Source: a virus (Duplodnaviria; Caudoviricetes). From it: a stretch of DNA of 64,000 nucleotides. How positions within the stretch are numbered: the stretch's first letter is position 1; every line of letters begins with the position of its first letter. Below, one piece after another: positions 9,948-19,213 of this stretch. A program made the translations under genes and the position numbers. Under the pieces are notes generated by a model. It did no database searches, was not told where the DNA came from, and saw only the letters and a program-made list of their open reading frames with translations. The stretch lies in the IMG/VR virus record IMGVR_UViG_3300028048_000063, positions 86,080-150,079 of that record; one strand, 5' to 3'.

Positions 9948-10961
9948 TTATCCAAGGCTATTTTGAATTTCTTCTACTGTCTTATAGGTATCACCATACA
10001 TATCTTTATTTGGTTTATAAATCCAATGTTCGATTGTTTGACCTTTTGGCAGCGAGACGAATCCACTCATAATAGCTTGTTTCATAATTTTATAGTTGAT
10101 TAAATCATCAACTGTGCTTAAAGCAAGATTAAATTTTCTTATTGGCATATTATATATTTCATCAAATTTATAATTAGTTGCTATTGATAAACAAACAACC
10201 TTTTTCTCAATCGAAGCATGCAAATCGCTTTTCATTTGTTCAAGTCGAAGTTTTTCGTCATGATCTCGCTTAATTGCGGGATCAACCCACGAATCATCTG
10301 CATAGTCAGAGAAATTTTGATATAATATAATTTGCCTTAATTTATTAAAATCTTGTTTTGAAATTTCATGCCCATCAATAAGTAAACAATTACCTTTACC
10401 AGAAGAATCTGGCATCGTTTTAATCATTTCTTGAAACTCTGTACCCTCACAATGTGGACATTTTAACTGTGGAGGTTGTATATTATTTTGGTCTATATCT
10501 TGCATTTTTGTATTTTTTGTAAAATTTTCAAAATCTTTAATAAAATCCATAAATGCTGGACTATCATACTTCATCACTTCACCACAATGTGTACATTTTA
10601 AACCATTGGTGATATGAAAAACGATTTCAAATAATTTTTGCAATTTATACGACCACATTTGTCCCTCTTTTGGATCTTGAAGTTTAGAAATTAAATAATC
10701 TAAATGCGACATTTTAATTCCTTCTTTTGTTTCATTTTTATTTAACGTTAGACAACTTGTACACATTGAAAACACTTCAAAATCTCTAACTGTGGCGGGA
10801 TAAATAGTTAAGCCATTAAATGGTATAGGTTTATCTTCTCGAAAATATTCTATTTCGTATCTTTGTAATAAATCTACAATATCTTTTCTTAATTGACCAT
10901 ATTTATTATCCGCTATCGGACCTTCTTTAAATTGAATTTTCTTTTCTTCACCTTCTGCCAT
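9948..10961 (-). CDS. Tail-module protein with Zn-ribbon insertion (chaperone-like)
   Basis: CTHC...CPHC; C-terminal YKFDEIYNMPIRKF resembles tail chaperone motifs. Confidence 0.5.
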   Translation of the reverse strand: MAEGEEKKIQFKEGPIADNKYGQLRKDIVDLLQRYEIEYFREDKPIPFNGLTIYPATVRDFEVFSMCTSCLTLNKNETKEGIKMSHLDYLISKLQDPKEGQMWSYKLQKLFEIVFHITNGLKCTHCGEVMKYDSPAFMDFIKDFENFTKNTKMQDIDQNNIQPPQLKCPHCEGTEFQEMIKTMPDSSGKGNCLLIDGHEISKQDFNKLRQIILYQNFSDYADDSWVDPAIKRDHDEKLRLEQMKSDLHASIEKKVVCLSIATNYKFDEIYNMPIRKFNLALSTVDDLINYKIMKQAIMSGFVSLPKGQTIEHWIYKPNKDMYGDTYKTVEEIQNSLG

Positions 10962-10973
10962 CTTATGCCTCCT

Positions 10974-11702
10974 TTAGAAGCTTTGCGCTGGATTTGAAGA
11001 AATTCCAGAAATAGCCATATTAAAGTTAATTTTATGACCAAAATAAGATCTTCTGTTATATACTGTCATTTTAGCATTACCTTCAATTTTTGAACCTAAG
11101 CCTGTCATGGCGTTGTTAATGTTAAATTGTAAATACCCTATTCCGTCTAAATACAATCCGTTTAATTCTGCTAGAATACACTTAAGTAATACTGATGTTC
11201 TGGACTTAAATCTTACTGTAGGATTCTCGAGATCTGTATAATAATAATCATTTGGATTTGTTTCTGGGTTAGACTCTAAATCTGCATCCCCATATACAAC
11301 GTCAGCATTAATATGTGTAACTGTTTCTACAGAAACAATCACATTAGCTCTCATATGATCGATAGGATATAAGTCGTCTACATAAATATAGACAGAACTA
11401 CATTCTTCTGCCCAAGCATCGTTACAAAAAGGTTGTAAGAATAATCTTAAAGAACCAGTTTGTCCACCTGTTGGACTTGATCCAAATCCTTGAGTAATTT
11501 CCATTTTTTCTGCCATTGTTAGGTTTTCCATTGCAAGGGCATCTCTAGAATTATATTTTAATACTTTCCAAAACATTTCTGCATCTTTTGTTTTAGAATT
11601 TAATAAATGTTCAACAATTTTACATTCTATACCATCAATGTTTGGTATACGATTAAACTCACTATAATCACTGTATCCATAATAATTATTTGTATTTGCC
11701 AT
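10974..11702 (-). CDS. Putative tail completion/terminator protein
   Basis: Synteny between connectors and tail tube. Confidence 0.45.
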   Translation of the reverse strand: MANTNNYYGYSDYSEFNRIPNIDGIECKIVEHLLNSKTKDAEMFWKVLKYNSRDALAMENLTMAEKMEITQGFGSSPTGGQTGSLRLFLQPFCNDAWAEECSSVYIYVDDLYPIDHMRANVIVSVETVTHINADVVYGDADLESNPETNPNDYYYTDLENPTVRFKSRTSVLLKCILAELNGLYLDGIGYLQFNINNAMTGLGSKIEGNAKMTVYNRRSYFGHKINFNMAISGISSNPAQSF

Positions 11703-11714
11703 ATATCTTCTCCC

Positions 11715-12905
11715 TTATACTCCTTGTCTTAAATCTAATTTGAAACTTGATGAAAATGCTTTATGGTTTGGTGAATCTTCGGCATTAACACTCCAAGTTA
11801 AAATTAAATTACCCCTTAAATAAAGCTTTTTCCTTATTAATGTAAATACGTTGCTTTCTGTTGTTAAACCAATATAAGAAAAAATATCAACATTTAAAGG
11901 TAAGTTTTCTAATTGACAAGATAGATTGATTTTAATATTAGGAATAACCACTCCGTGTGAATTTACTACGACTGGTTTAAATATAATTCCTAGTGAGTCT
12001 AAGAATGTTGGTATCTTATCAGGACCTTCGAATATAATACTATAAGTTTCTTCTCCTTCCTCGCCTGGTGTTACAGGTGTTGGTTCATCTGTAATTATTA
12101 AATCTTCTGTAGATTGATATGCGATACGATGTTCAAAGTCGTCATAAGGGGAAGTTTCTGTGAGTTCTAAATAAATACGCATTAACCCAACATCTTCTGG
12201 ATTAAATGTAGAATTACCATAAAATTTATTTATTGCTTTAATTCTATAAACTTTATCATAACCAACGATAAAACGTTGATTAATATAATAATTTTTTGTG
12301 TATTCATTATGTTGAGCAATGATTAATAATTGAGATTGTGGTGATACTGCAACTTCATTATATACTAAACTTACAGACGTTAAATCACGTCCTTGAATAA
12401 CAGGTTCGTAGTGATAATGAGCGACACTTTGTTCGTCTAAATAAATACTCCCGAGACTGCCGTTACATCTCTCTATAACCATACTGGCTGTGATTTTAGC
12501 ACCATTAGTATTGGTTGCGATCCAAACATTTTTATCCTTATCTGCGATAGGACTACCATCATCATTTGTTGTGCCAAAGCTATGCTCAAATCTAAAACGA
12601 CTACCAATAACGAATCTATCTTCAAGAATATTCTTAAAAACTATACTCTTACAGTCGTCAGAAATTGCGCTACCCTTCTCAGATTTTACACTTTGCACCA
12701 CTACTTCGATAGGTGAATATGTTTGTTTACCCCATTCATTCTCATATTCAATATCAACACGATTTGGTCTATAAGACCACTCAGCATTAACTTTGTCTTG
12801 TAATTCTTTAATAAAATAATTATCTTTACTATAATTTTTTGGAGTTTGTGATAAAATATCGTAACGGTTAGCGGAATGGGTTATATTAATTACTCTTCTC
12901 GTCAC
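11715..12905 (-). CDS. Putative head-tail joining protein
   Basis: Synteny; beta-rich 396 aa. Confidence 0.45.
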   Translation of the reverse strand: MTRRVINITHSANRYDILSQTPKNYSKDNYFIKELQDKVNAEWSYRPNRVDIEYENEWGKQTYSPIEVVVQSVKSEKGSAISDDCKSIVFKNILEDRFVIGSRFRFEHSFGTTNDDGSPIADKDKNVWIATNTNGAKITASMVIERCNGSLGSIYLDEQSVAHYHYEPVIQGRDLTSVSLVYNEVAVSPQSQLLIIAQHNEYTKNYYINQRFIVGYDKVYRIKAINKFYGNSTFNPEDVGLMRIYLELTETSPYDDFEHRIAYQSTEDLIITDEPTPVTPGEEGEETYSIIFEGPDKIPTFLDSLGIIFKPVVVNSHGVVIPNIKINLSCQLENLPLNVDIFSYIGLTTESNVFTLIRKKLYLRGNLILTWSVNAEDSPNHKAFSSSFKLDLRQGV

Positions 12906-13248
12906 TGATATTTCCTCCTTGTAATTCTTTTATAAGATGGTCTACAATACCTTTAGCTTCCATGATTTGTCTTTTAATTTGAGCATGAGTCATAGTTTTA
13001 TAATTTTGATTATCATATAATCCGTGGATTTTTATGACAACTCTTGTGAGTTTGTTTGAGCATAAAACATTTGCCGAAGCTAAATCAAACATAAACCCAT
13101 AAAACCATAAACTAATATCATTACCTGAATTCTGTTCAGACTCAATCATATATAATAATTTGATCAATTGACTTCTAATAGAGGTGTAACATTCTTTTTC
13201 CTCTGTTAATGAAAAATGTCGTTTAACATTTCCAGAATTATTTTCCAA
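12886..13248 (-). CDS. Hypothetical protein
   Basis: 120 aa, overlaps both neighbours. Confidence 0.65.
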   Translation of the reverse strand: MENNSGNVKRHFSLTEEKECYTSIRSQLIKLLYMIESEQNSGNDISLWFYGFMFDLASANVLCSNKLTRVVIKIHGLYDNQNYKTMTHAQIKRQIMEAKGIVDHLIKELQGGNISDEKSN

Positions 13249-13948
13249 ATTTCACTCCTCCTTTAGGGGTAGCCATGATCCTCCAGTTAAGTTCTGCCAC
13301 TAAAGTATCCATATCCCTATTCATTTGATTACGCCATTCACTTTTCGCCCTTGCCGAATTTGCAGGAGAATACATCTTAAAATCAGTGTCTGTTAAAATG
13401 TTTCTGACTTCTAATACTCTACCAACCTCTTTATCACCCCAAGCAGATAAAAGAGCATATGCTAGAATATTAATAATCTTGTCCATAATAGCGTCCATAT
13501 TAAAATCTGGACGCAAACAATCTGAAAAATCAGCTGTAAATGCACCTGCATAGAACCAAGTTACACTCCATGTTTCATTAGCCTCAACTACTCTTGCAAA
13601 AGTTACAGAATTATTCTCTGGATCATATGATCCTGGAACAATTTTGTCGTTAATTCTATAAGTGAAGCCAACTCCTACACCATTATTTTTAACTTGTTGT
13701 TCTAAAACGTAAGTGTCTGATCCATCACCTGAATCTTTTTCTATATATCCTTCTGCCGCATCATATATATTTAATTTATCGGTAATTGCGACTGGAGAAG
13801 TAAATTTATTCTTACCGATAATCAAGAAATCAAGCATATCGCTTTGAAATCCTGCTCTATCATTAAAGTATTTTTGATCAATGTCAGGGTCTGAAAACAG
13901 ATTAAAAGCACGATCAAAAATATCGCTAAAATATATCATATTATTCAT
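13238..13948 (-). CDS. Putative head-tail adaptor
   Basis: Synteny; C-terminal DTDFKMYSPAN motif of the kind seen in adaptor proteins. Confidence 0.55.
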   Translation of the reverse strand: MNNMIYFSDIFDRAFNLFSDPDIDQKYFNDRAGFQSDMLDFLIIGKNKFTSPVAITDKLNIYDAAEGYIEKDSGDGSDTYVLEQQVKNNGVGVGFTYRINDKIVPGSYDPENNSVTFARVVEANETWSVTWFYAGAFTADFSDCLRPDFNMDAIMDKIINILAYALLSAWGDKEVGRVLEVRNILTDTDFKMYSPANSARAKSEWRNQMNRDMDTLVAELNWRIMATPKGGVKFGK

Positions 13949-14031
13949 CCCCCTTTCATGTGTATACCCAACTGTGTTTTTGCAACACAGCGGGTTAAAG
14001 TACTCTGAATTAATATAAAAAGCTACTTATC

Positions 14032-14661
14032 TTACATTTCTGTTGGAAGAATTTTATATCTGCCACTGATTTCATCTTGCTCTCTTGCAAAAGCACCATT
14101 TGTTAATCTGTTCATAAGGTCAATCTTTGCACGATCTACGAAATCAGGATCTCCAGATATAAACTTGTCTTTATAGAAAGAAACAATACAATGCTTGTGA
14201 GAAGTTAACGTTGTTTGATTCCATAAATCTTCAAGTTCTGCTAGACTAAGTTTACCAATATTTGCAAGCTTGCTAGCTGTTAAACCAAAGTCTTTATCTG
14301 TTTTTAATCCTTTTGCGGCAGCAATATCTAAATTCTTATTAGAAACTGCTAAAATGCCTTCATCAAACCATTTTCTATATTTGCCAACAAGTTCATCAAA
14401 TTGTATTCTACTAAGTGTGAATTCTTCACCAAATTTATTAAAACGTAACTCTAAATTACTAATCTTAGCACATCCTAAACTATTTGAACAATAAACAATT
14501 GTTACATCTGTACTTGGTACAGTAAATGTTACGTTTGGTGCTGGTGTTGTATATGAACTTTGTTGTCCTTTACTTTGCTCTGCCAACAGAGCTTTCAATT
14601 GTGCTATTTCAGCTTGTAATTCAGCCTTTGTTGGGCCTTTTGTTGTGTTATTTGTAGCCAT
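14032..14661 (-). CDS. Hypothetical protein following the capsid gene
   Basis: Start moved to ATG 14661 (MATNN) behind AAGGAG. Confidence 0.7.
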   Translation of the reverse strand: MATNNTTKGPTKAELQAEIAQLKALLAEQSKGQQSSYTTPAPNVTFTVPSTDVTIVYCSNSLGCAKISNLELRFNKFGEEFTLSRIQFDELVGKYRKWFDEGILAVSNKNLDIAAAKGLKTDKDFGLTASKLANIGKLSLAELEDLWNQTTLTSHKHCIVSFYKDKFISGDPDFVDRAKIDLMNRLTNGAFAREQDEISGRYKILPTEM

Positions 14662-14689
14662 AATTTTTTCTCCTTTTACCTCTTTACAT

Positions 14690-14715
14690 AAACCCAACCC
14701 CGAAGGATTGGGTTT
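14690..14715 (-). terminator. Hairpin terminator after the capsid gene
   Basis: Minus strand AAACCCAATCC-TTCG-GGGTTGGGTTT. Confidence 0.65.
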
Positions 14716-14746
14716 ATAATATTTTTTAATTAATCTGTGTTAAGAA

Positions 14747-15832
14747 TTATAATGTGATTGTACCGTATTTTGGTCCAACGATAGCTGCAACACCAACTCT
14801 CATTTCAACAGAGATACCATATCTTCTGTCTGATGTATGATCTGGGTCAAATGATACAGAAACTTCGTTTCCTTCAAATAAAATCTTAACTGGTTTTGCA
14901 CCGCCAACTGGTACCATATAAATAATATTATCTGGTAAAACAAGTTGTGCTGTTGTGTTTGTTGTTCCTGGAACGAGAACGTTGCTAATTGCAACAAGTG
15001 GAACTCCAAGATATTGATCAAGGTATCCAACTTTATTCATTTCTTCACCGATTTCAACTTGGAAGTTTCCAGCGAGTGAAACATTGCTTAATGCAACTGC
15101 TGTACCGATTGCAACAACGCTCATACCACCGTTAGCTGCGGATACTCTTTCTCTAAGTGTTCCGAAGAGGTCTGGTGTAATACCATTAACTGTATAAGCT
15201 GCACCAAAGTCTGTTGTTGCTTGTGTCATACCCTTAACTGCCTTTAAGAAAATGTATGCCATGAATGACTTACCAATCTTAAGAGCGAAGTTACCCATAT
15301 CAAAAATACCACTTACAAATGGATACCAATCGATAGATGCATCGATTGTGATAGGATGTGCATTAAGAGTAATCTCTGTATCGAACATTGGTTGATCGAT
15401 TCCTTTTCTTACGCCTTCAGCTTTGCTGTTTACTTTGAAGAGGTCGTTAGATTCGATAATGAATCTTGCTGTCTCGCCGTAACCTACTTGATGTACTTCA
15501 GAAATGAATCTTGAGAATGTGTCGTTTGTAACTGTTGGAACGATAACATTAACAACTTGTGCAATAACTGCATTGAAGTTATCTCTTACTGTGCTATTAT
15601 TCTTAACCATTGGTCTTGCAAAGATTGCTAAACCGTCTGCTTCGAAGTCTGCTTCGTAACGTGTTCCTTCTACAGCTTTCTTACCCATAGCTTCGAGTAA
15701 TTCTCTGTTTTTATCTTCATAATCGCTAGCTACTTTACCTTCGTAACGTGCCATTGCTAATTCAACTGTGCAGTCAACTAAAGAGTTGAAAGCTTCATCA
15801 TTAGATTTTGTGTAACTGAACATCTTTTTCAT
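14747..15832 (-). CDS. Major capsid protein (HK97 fold)
   Basis: 361 aa after protease and decoration genes; GYLDQYLGVPLV P-domain-like motif; strong codon bias. Confidence 0.85.
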   Translation of the reverse strand: MKKMFSYTKSNDEAFNSLVDCTVELAMARYEGKVASDYEDKNRELLEAMGKKAVEGTRYEADFEADGLAIFARPMVKNNSTVRDNFNAVIAQVVNVIVPTVTNDTFSRFISEVHQVGYGETARFIIESNDLFKVNSKAEGVRKGIDQPMFDTEITLNAHPITIDASIDWYPFVSGIFDMGNFALKIGKSFMAYIFLKAVKGMTQATTDFGAAYTVNGITPDLFGTLRERVSAANGGMSVVAIGTAVALSNVSLAGNFQVEIGEEMNKVGYLDQYLGVPLVAISNVLVPGTTNTTAQLVLPDNIIYMVPVGGAKPVKILFEGNEVSVSFDPDHTSDRRYGISVEMRVGVAAIVGPKYGTITL

Positions 15833-15864
15833 AGTTATTCCTCCCTATTGTATTCCGCACTAGA

Positions 15865-16416
15865 TTATAATTGAACAACTTCACAAAGATAGATCTTACC
15901 ATCACTCTTCATACCTGTTGTAAGGTCTTCTTCGACTAAAACTTTGACTCTTAATCCTGTTCCAGTTAAAGATGCTGCTGGTGCAAAAGTTGTCTTACCT
16001 GCTGCTGGAGCACCAAATTGACCAACTGTTGGTGTGCTTGCGAAGTTAGCTTCACCTAACCAGAATTTGTCATGGAGAGCGAGTCTTCTTACTCTGTAAA
16101 TTGTTCCTGCTGGTACTGTTAAACCATAAAGCTTAATACCATATTTAATTACGTTATTTGGTGTATATCCAGATTCAGAATATTCTTCAATTCCTGCATA
16201 GTCACAAATAACAACTTCGTCGTTAGCTGCTGTTGGAGCAGTTGCTACATATACGTCGTACTCTTTACCATTTGCTGCGTATGTTGTATCTGCTGCTAAA
16301 TCTCCTAATTTAACGATAGCACCGTCTGGGATTGCAACTTCTGATACAGCATTAGCTAAATAAGAGTCTACTACGTTGCTAATCATTTTGCCTGTTTTAA
16401 AAACATTAGCTGCCAT
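15865..16416 (-). CDS. Head decoration/cement protein
   Basis: 183 aa, Ala/Gly/Thr-rich, directly upstream of the capsid gene. Confidence 0.6.
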   Translation of the reverse strand: MAANVFKTGKMISNVVDSYLANAVSEVAIPDGAIVKLGDLAADTTYAANGKEYDVYVATAPTAANDEVVICDYAGIEEYSESGYTPNNVIKYGIKLYGLTVPAGTIYRVRRLALHDKFWLGEANFASTPTVGQFGAPAAGKTTFAPAASLTGTGLRVKVLVEEDLTTGMKSDGKIYLCEVVQL

Positions 16417-16601
16417 AATCTTTTTTCTCCTTATATTTTAAATATTGTTTTAAATAATTATATTAAAAACCACGAAATAACCCTCTGTATTAAAAACTAA
16501 CTTCGGCATATTAATTAATAAACATAAACTTATACTCGGGTTTTTAACCTATGTTAAAAACTGAACCTGTTTAGGTTCGAATGTTAAATGAAATGATCTT
16601 T

Positions 16602-18200
16602 TTATTTTCCTACGTATTGGCGTAAAGTTGACCAACGATCATTCTTAACCTTTTCTTCTTTCTTTTCTGCAAATGCAGCGTTGACATCTGGGTTAGCAAT
16701 TGGAGCTGAGAAGCTCTCTGCTACACTGTCTTCCTTTTTTTCTTCTTTTTCTTCGAATGTCTCTTTACTGTTGAGTTCGCACTCAAACTTGTATAATGCG
16801 ATTTGTGTCTTTAAATCATCAATAGAAGTGATTTCATCATTTTCACATTTTGCTGCGAATTCTTGAGCTACTGAATCTTCGATCTTAGAAGATTTAATAA
16901 GACTGTTAACTTTAGAGATAAATTCTTTCTTTTCATAGTCCTTAACTTTAGATGCTAATTCTTCACATCTAGCTTTAAGTCCTTCTAATTCTGAAACTAC
17001 AGCTTCATATTGTGCAGATAATTCTTCAAAATTATTTCCACATTCTTTTGCTGGCTCTTCATCCTTATCTTCTGAACCTTCATCTTTATTGTCCTCGTCG
17101 TCCTTATCATCTTCGGATTCTTCACAGTGCTCAGTCTCTGGTTCTTCCACTTCACATTCAGCTTTATTGTCTACTGACTCATTTTGTTTTTCATCTTCAG
17201 CAGGTTCACTTTCTTCTGCGCAATGGCCACACTCATCTTCTTTTTTGTCTTCTACTGGTGTTTCTTCACAATGACCACACTCGTCAACCTTTTCCTCTAA
17301 ATGACCGCATTCTTCAACTTTTTCTTCGTCTTCTTTCTTTGCTTCGCAGACACATGGATTTTTTCCACAATCTGGACAAACATCGTCTGCCGCAAATTTT
17401 TCTTCAACGATTGGTTGTTCTTCGGTTTGTAAATCAGTAGACTCAAAATTGCCTGTTTTGATTACTTCGTCCATTTTTTGAGCCTCCTCTATTTTTTTGT
17501 CAGAATTATCTAATTTTTCATATGCAAGTCTTAATGCTTGGGTCTGTTTTGCATATAAATCTTTGCCCATAATATCGACAACTGATAACTCTGCGTCTTC
17601 TATTCCTGGTTCCACTTTCATTCCGTTTCTTGATCCTAAAATTGTTATTCCAACAAGATTAAAATCATTGATTTTCATTACTCCGTTTTCCAGGATTTCA
17701 TAATCGGTGATATCAACCTCAACAGAAATGTTTTTTGCTGATCCACCCATTTTTTGTGCACGCTTTGCGTCTTTAATTAAACGTTTTACTTGTTTAAAAC
17801 TATATTGTGTCCAAAGACAACAATTTAATTTAATCCATGATAATCCTTTGTCATCTTGTATAATTGTGACAGGATCAGATTCTCTAATTAAACCAAGGAT
17901 TCTTTCGCCTTTTGTTCCAAGAGTATCCCAATAGCTCATACCTGTCTCTGTATCATATTCCCACTCTCCATTATGACTTACGAAATCACCATTCTCAAAA
18001 TATCCAAGAATTGGTTTATTAACGAAAGTCTTATTTGCTACTGCTCTTTGCATAGCTTCTGGAGTAAACCAAGAATTATTACGATTAGGGTTTGCACTAC
18101 TGATAGCTTTCATGGATAATTCTAAAAAGTCTTTTTTAAGTAAAGGCTTAATGTCAATCTGACTAGCGTCAACTTCAAAAGATAATTTTGTATTATTCAT
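16602..18200 (-). CDS. Prohead protease fused to an acidic scaffold
   Basis: NRNNSWF, NKPILG, SH, ISVEV, GITILG...PG; acidic and coiled-coil C-terminus. Confidence 0.8.
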   Translation of the reverse strand: MNNTKLSFEVDASQIDIKPLLKKDFLELSMKAISSANPNRNNSWFTPEAMQRAVANKTFVNKPILGYFENGDFVSHNGEWEYDTETGMSYWDTLGTKGERILGLIRESDPVTIIQDDKGLSWIKLNCCLWTQYSFKQVKRLIKDAKRAQKMGGSAKNISVEVDITDYEILENGVMKINDFNLVGITILGSRNGMKVEPGIEDAELSVVDIMGKDLYAKQTQALRLAYEKLDNSDKKIEEAQKMDEVIKTGNFESTDLQTEEQPIVEEKFAADDVCPDCGKNPCVCEAKKEDEEKVEECGHLEEKVDECGHCEETPVEDKKEDECGHCAEESEPAEDEKQNESVDNKAECEVEEPETEHCEESEDDKDDEDNKDEGSEDKDEEPAKECGNNFEELSAQYEAVVSELEGLKARCEELASKVKDYEKKEFISKVNSLIKSSKIEDSVAQEFAAKCENDEITSIDDLKTQIALYKFECELNSKETFEEKEEKKEDSVAESFSAPIANPDVNAAFAEKKEEKVKNDRWSTLRQYVGK

Positions 18201-18684
18201 CTGCTACCTCTTTTTTGTTGTCTGAATTTCTAAAAAATTCTTCTTCTGTTGGTAAGTCTAATACTTTTTCTCTACGAGAATCCATAACACCATTTTTACC
18301 TAAATTATGGTATTGTTGGTAAATATTCTCAAAGTTTTCTAATTCTTCTTTACTCACCCAACCTTTATTAAGATATTTATTAGATAAACTATATAACCTG
18401 TCGCGAAGTATAGCTTGAATAGCTTTACGTTGATTATGATCTGTTTTATTTAATTCATCAATATCTGATTTAATTGCTTGAACTTGCTCTTTAATAGGAG
18501 CATTTTCTTCACTAATAACTTCACGAATTATATCTTGTTGCTCTTTTCTCTTTGCGTCTTTAAATACTTGTGACTTTTGACTCTTTCTATCTCTAAAGTC
18601 TTTCCAAAACATAGAAGCCACAGTACCAAAACCTAATAAACTCAATATTGATAATACTATAGAAACTACTTTATACCACTCCAT
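18193..18684 (-). CDS. Membrane protein (holin-like), N-terminal TM plus coiled coil
   Basis: TM helix; LRDRL...YHNLGKNGVM motif common in Firmicutes phage holin-like proteins. Confidence 0.55.
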   Translation of the reverse strand: MEWYKVVSIVLSILSLLGFGTVASMFWKDFRDRKSQKSQVFKDAKRKEQQDIIREVISEENAPIKEQVQAIKSDIDELNKTDHNQRKAIQAILRDRLYSLSNKYLNKGWVSKEELENFENIYQQYHNLGKNGVMDSRREKVLDLPTEEEFFRNSDNKKEVADE

Positions 18685-18696
18685 GTATTCACCCCG

Positions 18697-19191
18697 CTAT
18701 ATAGCGATGAAATGGGTGTAGTCTTTAATATGTATATTTAATGTTTGAGGATCTAATTTATTTGCTGCATTAATCCATTCATCGACTTGTTTAATGAAAG
18801 GTTGAACCTTACCTAAGAAGTCTTCTCCAAATATACGTACTTCGTCATCTTCATCCATATCTGCTATTTCAATTAATTCCTTTGTAGCGTTGCGAATTCC
18901 AATTAAGGTTTTCATTAACACGTCGAAAACTTCTTTTAAATCCTCGTAGTCCTTATCGTATCCACCAATATCTAAACGAGTTGGTCTTGCTGATAATTGT
19001 AACATTTGATCTGTAATATCGTCTGCCCAAGCTGGCATTACGTGAGCTACATTATGATGTACTATATCAGCGATTCTAGTATAATAATGATAATCTAAAC
19101 TATATGCAAGATTATCTATAATAGCATTAGCATTAAAACACATGGAAGCTAATGCATTCATGCTATTATATGAATTTACGCTCATTCTCAT
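18697..19191 (-). CDS. Ferritin-like four-helix protein (putative)
   Basis: Helical 164 aa with His/Asp/Glu pattern (HHNVAH...AD). Confidence 0.45.
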   Translation of the reverse strand: MRMSVNSYNSMNALASMCFNANAIIDNLAYSLDYHYYTRIADIVHHNVAHVMPAWADDITDQMLQLSARPTRLDIGGYDKDYEDLKEVFDVLMKTLIGIRNATKELIEIADMDEDDEVRIFGEDFLGKVQPFIKQVDEWINAANKLDPQTLNIHIKDYTHFIAI

Positions 19192-19213
19192 TTTTTTCTC
19201 CTCCTATTGTGTT

